Positions 16,915 to 24,052 of a stretch of 26,524 nucleotides of DNA are shown here, piece by piece; position 1 is the stretch's first letter, and each line of letters starts with the position of its first letter. This DNA comes from a virus (Duplodnaviria > Caudoviricetes), in IMG/VR virus record IMGVR_UViG_3300037721_000101, positions 1 through 26,524 of that record, one strand, 5' to 3'. Both the position numbers and the translations under genes were made by a program. Under the pieces are notes generated by a model that searched no databases, was not told where the DNA came from, and saw nothing but the letters and a program-made list of their open reading frames with translations.

Positions 16915-17321
16915 GAGGCGGCCTCCGTCCGCTGCTCGCCGGGGTGGGTGAGGTTGCGGACGGGCTTCCATGGCGGTTTGCCGGATCCGGGGCACGGCTT
17001 GGACCATCGGAAGGTGCGGGACCCCAGGTAGTCGCGGCCACTCCAGTGGTGGCGGCCCATCAGGCCGTCGGCGGTCATGGCCCGGTCCTGCATGCAGTGC
17101 TTGCACCAGCCGCGCGGCCGGGCGGGCTCGGGGACTGCGGGGTAGACGATGCGGTAGCAGGGGTGCCCGATGGTGCGCCGCTTCTCGCCGTCGATGCGGA
17201 AGCGGAGGTAGCCGCCTCCGGCGCCGATGATCGTGGCGGGCTTGCCGTCGTACTCGATGCGCATGCCGTGGCGTGCGGGCACGTCGTAGGTGCGGCGGAT
17301 CCACTCCATGGTGCTGGTCAC
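16911..17321 (-). CDS. hypothetical protein (136 aa), beta-rich N-terminus plus CxxC/H/C module
   Basis: EWIRRTYDVPARHGMRIEYDG...HP; CKHC...H...CPGSG. Confidence 0.8.
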   Translation of the reverse strand: MTSTMEWIRRTYDVPARHGMRIEYDGKPATIIGAGGGYLRFRIDGEKRRTIGHPCYRIVYPAVPEPARPRGWCKHCMQDRAMTADGLMGRHHWSGRDYLGSRTFRWSKPCPGSGKPPWKPVRNLTHPGEQRTEAAS

Positions 17322-17569
17322 GACGCGGCCCCCTTGGGCGCGCGGTTCGGGTAGGGGAAGGCGGGCACGGTGGCGTCCTCGTCGGCGTCATAGAGGAGGT
17401 GGCCCCACTCGGCGCGCTCCCCGACCGGTGCGGGCGTTCCCGCGGTCGCGTACTCGGGGTGGGCGAGCAGGTCGTCGAGGCGGGACATGCGGGCTTCGAA
17501 CTTCTGCCGGGCGACCTGCTTCACCAGCTCGTTCAGGTCGACGTTCAGGCGGGAGATGTCGGTGCTCAT
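17318..17569 (-). CDS. hypothetical protein (83 aa)
   Basis: ATGA overlap, GAGGT RBS. Confidence 0.7.
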   Translation of the reverse strand: MSTDISRLNVDLNELVKQVARQKFEARMSRLDDLLAHPEYATAGTPAPVGERAEWGHLLYDADEDATVPAFPYPNRAPKGAAS

Positions 17570-18093
17570 CGGGCCACCTCTGTCTCGGGCTTGAGGCCGA
17601 GCAGGGCGGGCGCGATGTCCTCGACGAACACGAACTTCTTGCCGTCCTCGTTGCGCCACGTCCGCGTCATCGCCGCGTCGTGTAGCCGCTTCTGCGCCTC
17701 GTCGCGTTCCTTGCGGACCGCGGCTAGCTCGGCGAGGAGGGCGGGAACGTCCTCGCGGGCGTGGGTGATGAACTCGGCGTCGATGCGGACCTGCTCGCGG
17801 TCCTCGGCCTCGGTCCAGTCCCGGTGGGCCGGGTCGTTGTCGATCGGCTCGGGGTCAAGCTGGGCGATGCCGCGGCGGCAGCGGTATCCGTGGCCCGTCT
17901 CTTCCAGGCCGGCCGCAATGTGCTGGTGGCCAGTCGCCTCCTCGTACAGGCCCCACGGGCCCTTCGTGGCGAGCAGGTCGCGGGTCTGAATCTCGGCTTC
18001 GCGTTCCTGCGTGAGGCGGGCCGGGCCGGTGGGCATCGGCAGGGCGCCCAGAGCGGTCACGGCCGCGGGGAGGGAGGCGATCGGCTCGGTCAT
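17566..18093 (-). CDS. Ead/Ea22-like protein, paralog of 7576..8040
   Basis: ATKGPWGLYE...DAEFITHAREDVPALLAEL. Confidence 0.8.
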   Translation of the reverse strand: MTEPIASLPAAVTALGALPMPTGPARLTQEREAEIQTRDLLATKGPWGLYEEATGHQHIAAGLEETGHGYRCRRGIAQLDPEPIDNDPAHRDWTEAEDREQVRIDAEFITHAREDVPALLAELAAVRKERDEAQKRLHDAAMTRTWRNEDGKKFVFVEDIAPALLGLKPETEVAR

Positions 18094-18434
18094 CGGACAC
18101 CGCCCTCGGGGTCGGCGGCGACTGCGTCGGAGAAGTCGAGGTAGATCTGGTTGTCGATCCACTGGCGGGCCGCCTGAAGCCTGCGGCGGCGTACTGCCGG
18201 AGTCACCTCAATGACGGAACCGTCGGGGTGCTTACCGTTGGGCTCCAGGACGATGAGCCCCTGACTGTCAGTTGCCACGTTCATCCAGAGCGGCACATTC
18301 CGACGCCACCAGGCCAGGGTGCGCGGAAACGCAGGGGCACCTCGGGCTACGAGGTTCTCGTCGATCCGGATCTTCGACTGGTCAATGACTATGCGAGCGG
18401 TCAGGCCCGCCGCTGTCTGAGAGGATTGAGGCAC
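18090..18434 (-). CDS. hypothetical protein (114 aa)
   Basis: GTG 18434 with GAAAGGGG RBS; coupled to the downstream gene. Confidence 0.65.
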   Translation of the reverse strand: MPQSSQTAAGLTARIVIDQSKIRIDENLVARGAPAFPRTLAWWRRNVPLWMNVATDSQGLIVLEPNGKHPDGSVIEVTPAVRRRRLQAARQWIDNQIYLDFSDAVAADPEGGVR

Positions 18435-18477
18435 GTGAAGCCCCTTTCGTTTCGTCTGTTCGTGAGGGGTGGATCGC

Positions 18478-18516
18478 GAGGTCGTCCCTGGCTTGGCGGT
18501 AAGGGGCGGCCTCTTT
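18478..18516 (+). terminator. hairpin with TTGGCG loop and G-U pairs on the + strand, antisense to the early operon
   Basis: gaggtcgtccct-ggcttggcggta-aggggcggcctc-ttt. Confidence 0.55.
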
Positions 18517-18526
18517 GCGTGTCGCG

Positions 18527-18811
18527 TCAGGCGGCGACGGGGGTCTTGCGGCGCGAGGTGCGGGGCTCCGGCGGGCGGGTCTCGTGGACGCTCTGGGTGT
18601 CGGCCCCGTCGTCCATCTCGGCCTTGAGCCAGGCGTCCAGCTCGGTGATCGAATAGGCCAGCTTCCGGCCGATGGGCGTGGCTTTCGGGCCCTTGCCGAG
18701 GTGCCGGTAGTTCCAGAGGGTCTTGACGCTGAGGCCGATACGGCGGGCTGCTTCGGGGGTCCAGAGGTAGCCGGCGGGCGGCGGAGTCGGGACCTTGGCG
18801 AGCCTGGGCAC
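18527..18811 (-). CDS. excisionase / AlpA-MerR-type HTH protein
   Basis: YLWTPEAARRIGLSVKTLWNYRHLGKGPK...GRKLAYSITELDAWL; GAAGGAG RBS. Confidence 0.85.
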   Translation of the reverse strand: MPRLAKVPTPPPAGYLWTPEAARRIGLSVKTLWNYRHLGKGPKATPIGRKLAYSITELDAWLKAEMDDGADTQSVHETRPPEPRTSRRKTPVAA

Positions 18812-18855
18812 GTCCTCTCCTTCCTGTGTGGGGGTGAAGTCTTGTCGGCGTGTCC

Positions 18856-19098
18856 CTAGTTCGGGGACATGGGAGGCACGAAAAGCACCAGCACGGCGAC
18901 ACCGAGGGCCTCCGCGACCGCATGTGCGTCGTTGACGTCGAGGTTGTTCAGATCGCCAGTGAGCAGACGCCCTATCTGGGACCGGGATACACCGGTTGCA
19001 TCCGCCAGGTCGCGGACGGTGTAGGGGACCCCCCGACCTGGGCATTCCATGATTTTCTTGAAGGTTTCCAGGTCTCTCAAGGCGTAGCGCACACTCAA
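18856..19098 (-). CDS. Cro-like XRE HTH regulator
   Basis: YTVRDLADATGVSRSQIGRLLTG; first gene divergent from the repressor. Confidence 0.85.
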   Translation of the reverse strand: MSVRYALRDLETFKKIMECPGRGVPYTVRDLADATGVSRSQIGRLLTGDLNNLDVNDAHAVAEALGVAVLVLFVPPMSPN

Positions 19099-19152
19099 TG
19101 GATCTCCCCCGTTGCAGAGGTGCCTTTCACTGCCCTTGAGTTAACCCCTCCA

Positions 19153-19180
19153 GGGACAACCTGTCAACAGAATCGGGACA
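19153..19180. promoter_or_regulatory. putative immunity operator (TGTC-N11-GACA, GGGACA half-sites)
   Basis: TGTCAA-N7-GGGACA at 19162-19180 and an extra GGGACA at 19153; a perfect TGTCCC-N7-GGGACA lies at 18851-18869. Confidence 0.55.
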
Positions 19181-19343
19181 CACTACCGTCGAGTATCGGC
19201 AAAGTTCCTGGCTGGATAGCATGGATTCGTGGACGGACTGTCCCAGATCCGAGAAGGTTGTAGCGAGTGACCTGCTATTTTTCCCGCGCTATCCGTTATC
19301 CCTAGAGACAGCCGGTGTGACAGTGACCCGAGAGGAAGACGAA

Positions 19344-19775
19344 ATGACGGCAGCGGCCACCGCCCCTGACCAAGGCTCGGCCGGAACCACCCCCGTGGGC
19401 GCACTCTCCCGACTCATCCAGGATGCCAACGAGGCCGGAGTCACCTACCAGGAGATGGCCGACCGAGGCATCGACCCGGACGGCAACCGCCTGCCCAGGC
19501 AGTGGTACCAGAAACTCGTCAAGACTCCTCCCGTCAACCCGCCCTCCGTTGCCCAGATGCACGCCATCGCGCGCGGTATCGGCAAGTCGTTCCGGCGCGT
19601 TCAGGAAGCCACCGCGGAACAGTGGCTGATGTACGAGGCCACCACACTCGCGGGCTACGACGAGGAGGTCCGGATCATCGTCGGCCACCTCGCGGGCAAG
19701 ACGAAGGCTGAACTCATGCGCTGGCGCTACATGATCGAGGCCGAGGAGCGTGCCCGGCGCGAGGCCGACGAGTAG
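19344..19775 (+). CDS. putative immunity repressor (XRE-like, no S24 peptidase domain)
   Basis: GVTYQEMADR...QWYQKL...MHAIARGIGKSFRRVQEATAEQWL; divergent from cro, upstream of int. Confidence 0.8.
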   Translation: MTAAATAPDQGSAGTTPVGALSRLIQDANEAGVTYQEMADRGIDPDGNRLPRQWYQKLVKTPPVNPPSVAQMHAIARGIGKSFRRVQEATAEQWLMYEATTLAGYDEEVRIIVGHLAGKTKAELMRWRYMIEAEERARREADE

Positions 19776-19932
19776 CAGGCGGCTCCGAGCGGCGGGCCAC
19801 CTGACCGCGATTGTCCGTAAGTAGACATTTCCCGAACGGATTGTCGACGACTCTCAGTAGACGTACCCTTCACCAACCGTGCACTTCTAGCCGAACTGGC
19901 TCGGAGTGCACCGTTGCACTCGGGGAGGACTC

Positions 19933-20373
19933 ATGCTGGATGTCGCCTACGAAGCCGTCACAACTCTCGCGCCAGGACGACTGGCAACGATCGACGAAGA
20001 CCGCGGAACCATACGCGTCCGCCTCGACAAGCACTCACCCCTCACCGACGTCGTGCGGCAGCTGAACATCGAGATAGACCAACTCCTCTCGTATGCCCAC
20101 TGGTTCCAGCTGTGGGGCACGGAGATCGTCTCGCGCGACACCCCGGGCCGGCCCCTGCGAATCGAGTACATCCTCAAGATGAAGGTCCCCCGGAGCGCCT
20201 TCATAGAAGAACGCAAGGGCCTCGTCAGCGTGTTCATCGACCCCGTCCTGAACACGGAAGAGTTCGCCGTAGCGATGAACCCCGCCACCCGCAACTTCCT
20301 TGCCGGCGGCCAGTGGTTCCAGCTGCACGGCGGCGAGATCATCGACAATAGCCCCGAGACGCACAGGGTCTGA
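19933..20373 (+). CDS. hypothetical protein with internal tandem duplication (146 aa)
   Basis: GGAGGA RBS; two halves of about 70 aa ending WFQLWGTEIV and WFQLHGGEII. Confidence 0.8.
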   Translation: MLDVAYEAVTTLAPGRLATIDEDRGTIRVRLDKHSPLTDVVRQLNIEIDQLLSYAHWFQLWGTEIVSRDTPGRPLRIEYILKMKVPRSAFIEERKGLVSVFIDPVLNTEEFAVAMNPATRNFLAGGQWFQLHGGEIIDNSPETHRV

Positions 20374-20389
20374 GCGAACGGGGGCGGCG

Positions 20390-21706
20390 GTGCCGGGATA
20401 TATCGAGGACCGCTGGTACAAGAAGGGCCCGGACGGCAAGCGCAACGTCCCCACGGACCGGCACGGTCAGGGCAAGCGCTACAAGGTCGCCGGCATCCCA
20501 GGCGTGCGCGCCCGGTCCTTTCCCGACGGCAAGCTGACCGCGGCGAAGAAGTGGCTGGCCGACGCCCAGACCGACAGCACACGCGGAGAGTTCTACGATC
20601 CGCGAGACGGCACTATCACCCTCGACGCCTACGTGCGCAACCACTGGTGGCCGACCACCCGTTACCCTCCCACGACGAAGGCCTCCGTCAAGTCCAAGGT
20701 CTTCAACCACATCCTCCCGCACGCCGGCGCGCTGTCGCTGAACCGCATCGGGTTCGAGGAGATCCGCGCCTGGCAGACCCGCGCCGAGCGGGACATCGAC
20801 GTGGGCACCCTCGTCGTGACGTGGGCCCACTTCTCGTCGATCATGCAGGCGGCGTTCAAGGCGAAACGCATCCCCGCCAACCCATTCCGTGACGACGAGC
20901 TGAGAGCCCCGCGGCTGCCCAAGTCGAAGGCTCTGGCATGGCCGCAGGAAACCGTGCTCGCCATCAGGTCGGCTCTGCCTGAGCGATACCGCATCTTCGT
21001 CGACCTGGCGGTCGGTGCCGGCCTGCGGCAAGGGGAGACGTTCGCCTTCTCCCCCGATGATGTGGACGGCGAGGACATCAACGTTGTCCGGCAGATCGTG
21101 AAGGTGGGCGGCCGGTTCGCGTTCGCGCCGCCGAAGGGCAACAAGGAGCGCGTCGCGCCCTGCGCGCCAGAGTTGGCAAAGGCCGTCAAGGAGTACGCCA
21201 ACCGCTTCCCGTCGGTGGCCGTGACGCTCCCGTGGGTGGATCCCGACCGGCCGAACCTCGCCTGGGACGAGCGGCCGAAGTGCACGGTCCGGCTGCTCGT
21301 CACCACCCAGTTCACGGCAGGTGCCAACGGCGGAGCGGTCACGAGGGACACCTTCAACGACCGGCAGTGGAAGCCGGCTCTGCGGGACGTGGGGCTGATC
21401 GACGCCCCGGACGTTACGTGGCACGAGCCGACGAATGGGAAGCAGCCCTGGCGCAAGGAGGTGTGGGCGATGCCGCGGGAGTTCGGCTTCCACGTCCTGC
21501 GCCACACGTTCGCTAGCGTCGTCCTGGCCGAGGGTGAGACCATTACTCAGCTGGCTGCCTGGCTGGGGCACTCGGATCCGGCGTTCACGCTGCGGACCTA
21601 CGTGCACTTCATGCCGAAGTCCGGGAGCCGTGGCCGGGAAGCGATCGGGCGGTTCATGTCCGGGCAGCCGGCCGAGACCGACGGGCTCGCCGGGGAGCGC
21701 TCCTGA
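20390..21706 (+). CDS. int: tyrosine integrase
   Basis: GLRQGE (R), PPKG (K), HVLRHTFAS (HxxR), LGH, YVH (catalytic Y); N-terminal arm-binding region. Confidence 0.95.
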   Translation: MPGYIEDRWYKKGPDGKRNVPTDRHGQGKRYKVAGIPGVRARSFPDGKLTAAKKWLADAQTDSTRGEFYDPRDGTITLDAYVRNHWWPTTRYPPTTKASVKSKVFNHILPHAGALSLNRIGFEEIRAWQTRAERDIDVGTLVVTWAHFSSIMQAAFKAKRIPANPFRDDELRAPRLPKSKALAWPQETVLAIRSALPERYRIFVDLAVGAGLRQGETFAFSPDDVDGEDINVVRQIVKVGGRFAFAPPKGNKERVAPCAPELAKAVKEYANRFPSVAVTLPWVDPDRPNLAWDERPKCTVRLLVTTQFTAGANGGAVTRDTFNDRQWKPALRDVGLIDAPDVTWHEPTNGKQPWRKEVWAMPREFGFHVLRHTFASVVLAEGETITQLAAWLGHSDPAFTLRTYVHFMPKSGSRGREAIGRFMSGQPAETDGLAGERS

Positions 21707-21749
21707 AGTGGATCTCCCCAGATTCTCCCCAGCGAAGAGGACCATGAGA

Positions 21750-21784
21750 GCGGCGGTCGGATGCACTACAGATCCGGCCGCCGC
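21750..21784. terminator. hairpin between int and the lyase 3' fragment
   Basis: gcggcggtcggat/atccggccgccgc 13-bp stem with one G-U pair. Confidence 0.7.
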
Positions 21785-21823
21785 TTCATCGAGAAGACGA
21801 AGGTGTTTCCGCAGGTCAGACGG

Positions 21824-21925
21824 TCAGGGCGTGTGGACCGTGGGCCGGGGTGCCGTCGCCATGCCGTTGCCGATGAAGAAGCTCGGGTGGGGCGGCTGGT
21901 TGTAGGCAGTGTTCTGCCAGGCCAG
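21824..21925 (-). pseudogene. 3' replacement fragment of a host PL11 rhamnogalacturonan lyase (YesW/YesX family) carried in attP
   Basis: translates LAWQNTAYNQPPHPSFFIGNGMATAPRPTVHTP*, matching the conserved PL11 C-terminal AWQNxAYNQPPH motif; no lyase sequence upstream. Confidence 0.85.
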
Positions 21926-22121
21926 CATTCCGTGAGCTGTCACGTTCGCCGGCGCAAGCCACTCGGCTTGTCTGACCTGCCGCCTTTCAGATCCCTGGCC
22001 ATCCCTTCACTTCCCTTCACGTCCCGGATTCTCCCTCCCTGGACGCTCCCCCCGTCCACCCGCTCCCCAGATTCTCCCCACGAAAGGCGCCACCGAGACG
22101 CTCGCGACCTGCTGGGACGCA

Positions 22122-22361
22122 TCATCCCGGACACTTCCCGAGGTGTCCCGGCTCGTAGTACCGCCCCGCCCGCGCGGCGTCCTCGCGCCGTATGTCTTCC
22201 ATGGCGATGACGCAGTCCTCGCAGCCGCGCACCTCGCGCTCACCGGCGGCGGCTGGATGGATGGTGCCGACGACGGCAGTGCGCACCCTCCCCTTGGAAG
22301 GGTGGCGGAAGCAGGTCCCGTCTCTCCACTCGTACAGATCCAGGATCTGCTGTCGGTCCAT
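22122..22361 (-). CDS. small Cys/His protein (79 aa), probably SOS-regulated
   Basis: AGGAG RBS; CFRHP...CEDC; LexA box upstream. Confidence 0.75.
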   Translation of the reverse strand: MDRQQILDLYEWRDGTCFRHPSKGRVRTAVVGTIHPAAAGEREVRGCEDCVIAMEDIRREDAARAGRYYEPGHLGKCPG

Positions 22362-22467
22362 CGTGGTGTCTCCTGGTGTGGCGGCCGGCAGAGGACGCGG
22401 GGGGTGTGTTTCGGGTGCCCGGGACGTGTCGCCAGATGCCGGGCTAGCTGGCTGTTCACCCGATCGT

Positions 22468-22483
22468 GTGAACATCCGTTCGA
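22468..22483. promoter_or_regulatory. LexA (SOS) box
   Basis: GTGAACATCCGTTCGA versus actinobacterial consensus TCGAAC-N4-GTTCGA. Confidence 0.7.
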
Positions 22484-22608
22484 ATCACGGACACTACAGC
22501 GAGCCCTGCGGCATATGCCAGATCATCCGCAGGGCCATGTGGTTGCTCAACGAGTAAAGCGACAGTTTTGGTACTGACGCAAGATCGACTTAGCCAGAGC
22601 GTTGCCGG

Positions 22609-22848
22609 GTGCCAGCCCGTCGACACCCGCGCCCTGATTGGGTCCGCAGTAAGCAGATCGCCCTCGGCCGCCGCATCGGCGACCTCAGGCGCGCCGCCGA
22701 GTTATCCCAGGACCAGCTGGCCGACCGCATGGGAGTCGAGCGGCGAACTGTCCAGAGGTATGAGAACGCGGTCACCGACCCCCGATACGCCGACCTGCTG
22801 CTGCTCGCCAGCGCGTTGAGGGTGCACGTCACGGACCTCCTCCCCTGA
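22609..22848 (+). CDS. XRE-family HTH regulator with an in-frame TTA codon
   Basis: GRRIGDLRRAAELSQDQLADRMGVERRTVQRYE; TTA at 22702-22704. Confidence 0.9.
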   Translation: MPARRHPRPDWVRSKQIALGRRIGDLRRAAELSQDQLADRMGVERRTVQRYENAVTDPRYADLLLLASALRVHVTDLLP

Positions 22849-23011
22849 AAAGTTGTCAACAGACAACACGTCTCGCCCCGATCACCGCAAGGTCATCGCC
22901 GCATATATCTGACCGGATGTATGCAGTGAGAACGTTTCCGTAACCGCAGGCCAAGCGTTGGCCAAACGTTTCTGCCGGTAACTCGATCATTGGACCGGGC
23001 GGGTCACCGGA

Positions 23012-23350
23012 TCAGTCACGTATGCAGTCGGCGAGCGCGCGAGCGGCCTGGCCGAGGGTGGCAACGTGGAGGGCCGCGGAGCGCAGCCCTAGGCCGAGGC
23101 CTCCACAGAGGGCGGCCTGGGCGACGAGGAGGGCGCGCTCGCACTGCTGCCAGGCGGCCTCGTCGCGCGGCAGACGGTCCTGGCGGCGGCGGGCGCCGGC
23201 AGCGAGGTCGCCGATGGCGTCGCGGACCGCGGCCTCGAGGCGCCGGCAGTCGTCGATCGTGGGCAGGATGCCGGTCGCGGCTTCGGCTTCGGCGATGAGC
23301 GCCGCGTAGCACTGGTGTGGCGCAATGGTCTGGTCCGTAGGCTGGGTCAT
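23012..23350 (-). CDS. DUF6415-like helical protein (112 aa; alternative in-frame start at 23407)
   Basis: GGAG RBS; GLGLGLRSAALHVATLGQAARAL motif. Confidence 0.7.
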   Translation of the reverse strand: MTQPTDQTIAPHQCYAALIAEAEAATGILPTIDDCRRLEAAVRDAIGDLAAGARRRQDRLPRDEAAWQQCERALLVAQAALCGGLGLGLRSAALHVATLGQAARALADCIRD

Positions 23351-23420
23351 GCGACGCTCCGCTCGCCGGCCGGTCTCCCCGGCCGTGCGTGGTCGCGGGG
23401 GCTGCATAACAGCAGCTTAG

Positions 23421-23436
23421 CCATAGCATGCTATGG
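23421..23436. promoter_or_regulatory. perfect 16-bp palindrome, putative operator of the adjacent GntR
   Basis: CCATAGCATGCTATGG between divergent genes. Confidence 0.6.
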
Positions 23437-23491
23437 GGTGCCACGTATGCGACCGCTCGCGTGGTACGCCCTGGCGTGTCACGTTGACCGA

Positions 23492-23740
23492 GTGATCGAA
23501 TTCGAGGCGGATGTGCCTAGGTGGCGGCAGGTAGCGGAGGTGATCCGAGGGCGGATCACGGACGGCACGTATCCTCCCCGCACTCGCGTTCCCTCGGTCG
23601 TCCAGCTGGCCACCGAGTTCGGGATCGCGCAGGCCACCGCGCAGAAGGTCCACCGTGGGCTCCGGGATGAGGGGCTCATCTACACGGAGCCGGGCCTTGG
23701 CTCATTCGTCGCGAGCGCGCCCCGTCCGGCCGGTTCGTAG
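23492..23740 (+). CDS. GntR wHTH-only regulator (82 aa)
   Basis: PRWRQVAEVIRGRITDGTYPP...PSVVQLATEFGIA..TAQKV...GLGSFV. Confidence 0.9.
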   Translation: MIEFEADVPRWRQVAEVIRGRITDGTYPPRTRVPSVVQLATEFGIAQATAQKVHRGLRDEGLIYTEPGLGSFVASAPRPAGS

Positions 23741-23774
23741 CCCGCTGTCGGACCCGGCTCCTAGACTGATCGCC

Positions 23775-23954
23775 ATGTCTCCCACTCCCCCGGCCCCGGG
23801 CCCCGCGCGGTCTGCTGCGGTTGTGCAGGCGGAGATCCACGCCCTGCTGCTGTCGACGGGCGGCTGGCTGTGGGGGCCGACGCGGGAGCGGTACGAGCGG
23901 CTGCGGGACGAGTGGGTCGAGGCGGTCCGCGAGGAGATGACGACCGCGGCCTGA
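23775..23954 (+). CDS. small hypothetical protein (59 aa), leaderless
   Basis: TAGACT -10 box 7 nt before ATG; followed by a hairpin at about 23960-23996. Confidence 0.7.
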   Translation: MSPTPPAPGPARSAAVVQAEIHALLLSTGGWLWGPTRERYERLRDEWVEAVREEMTTAA

Positions 23955-24052
23955 GATGAGAGCGCCCGCCCCGGTGCATCACGCCGGGACGGGCTCAGCA
24001 ACTCACTCAGCAAACCCGTGCTTGGCTAGTGCCTGCAACGGATCCTGTCAGG

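Larger units (their letters stand above)
21714..22080. mobile_element. attP region with arm-type repeats on both sides of the core
   Basis: identical CTCCCCAGATTCTCCCCA at 21714-21731 and 22063-22080; partial copy at 22022-22036; inverted GCAGGTCAGA (21811-21820) / TCTGACCTGC (21971-21980); TCCCTTCAC x2 at 22002-22020. Confidence 0.8.

Noticed and set aside
7576-18093. Paralog pair as a DGR template/variable repeat
   Set aside because: No reverse transcriptase in the window; differences are not adenine-specific; both copies are intact coding genes
19221-19343. N-terminal repressor extension containing a TTA codon
   Set aside because: Promoter-like composition; the RBS GAGGAA supports ATG 19344, so the TTA is probably untranslated
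19344-19775. Integration-dependent immunity (attP inside the repressor gene)
   Set aside because: attP lies downstream of int, not within the repressor, and neither repressor nor Int ends in an ssrA-like tag
20339-21766. 475-aa minus-strand ORF
   Set aside because: Shadow frame of the integrase
21707-22120. tRNA-type att core or CRISPR-like repeats after the integrase
   Set aside because: No cloverleaf or T-arm/CCA motif; only two full 18-bp copies about 350 bp apart, which fits integrase arm sites
23347-23424. 25-codon minus-strand ORF containing TTA that overlaps the DUF6415-like start (possible leader or RiPP precursor)
   Set aside because: No RBS, starts inside the operator palindrome, no modifying enzymes nearby; likely chance
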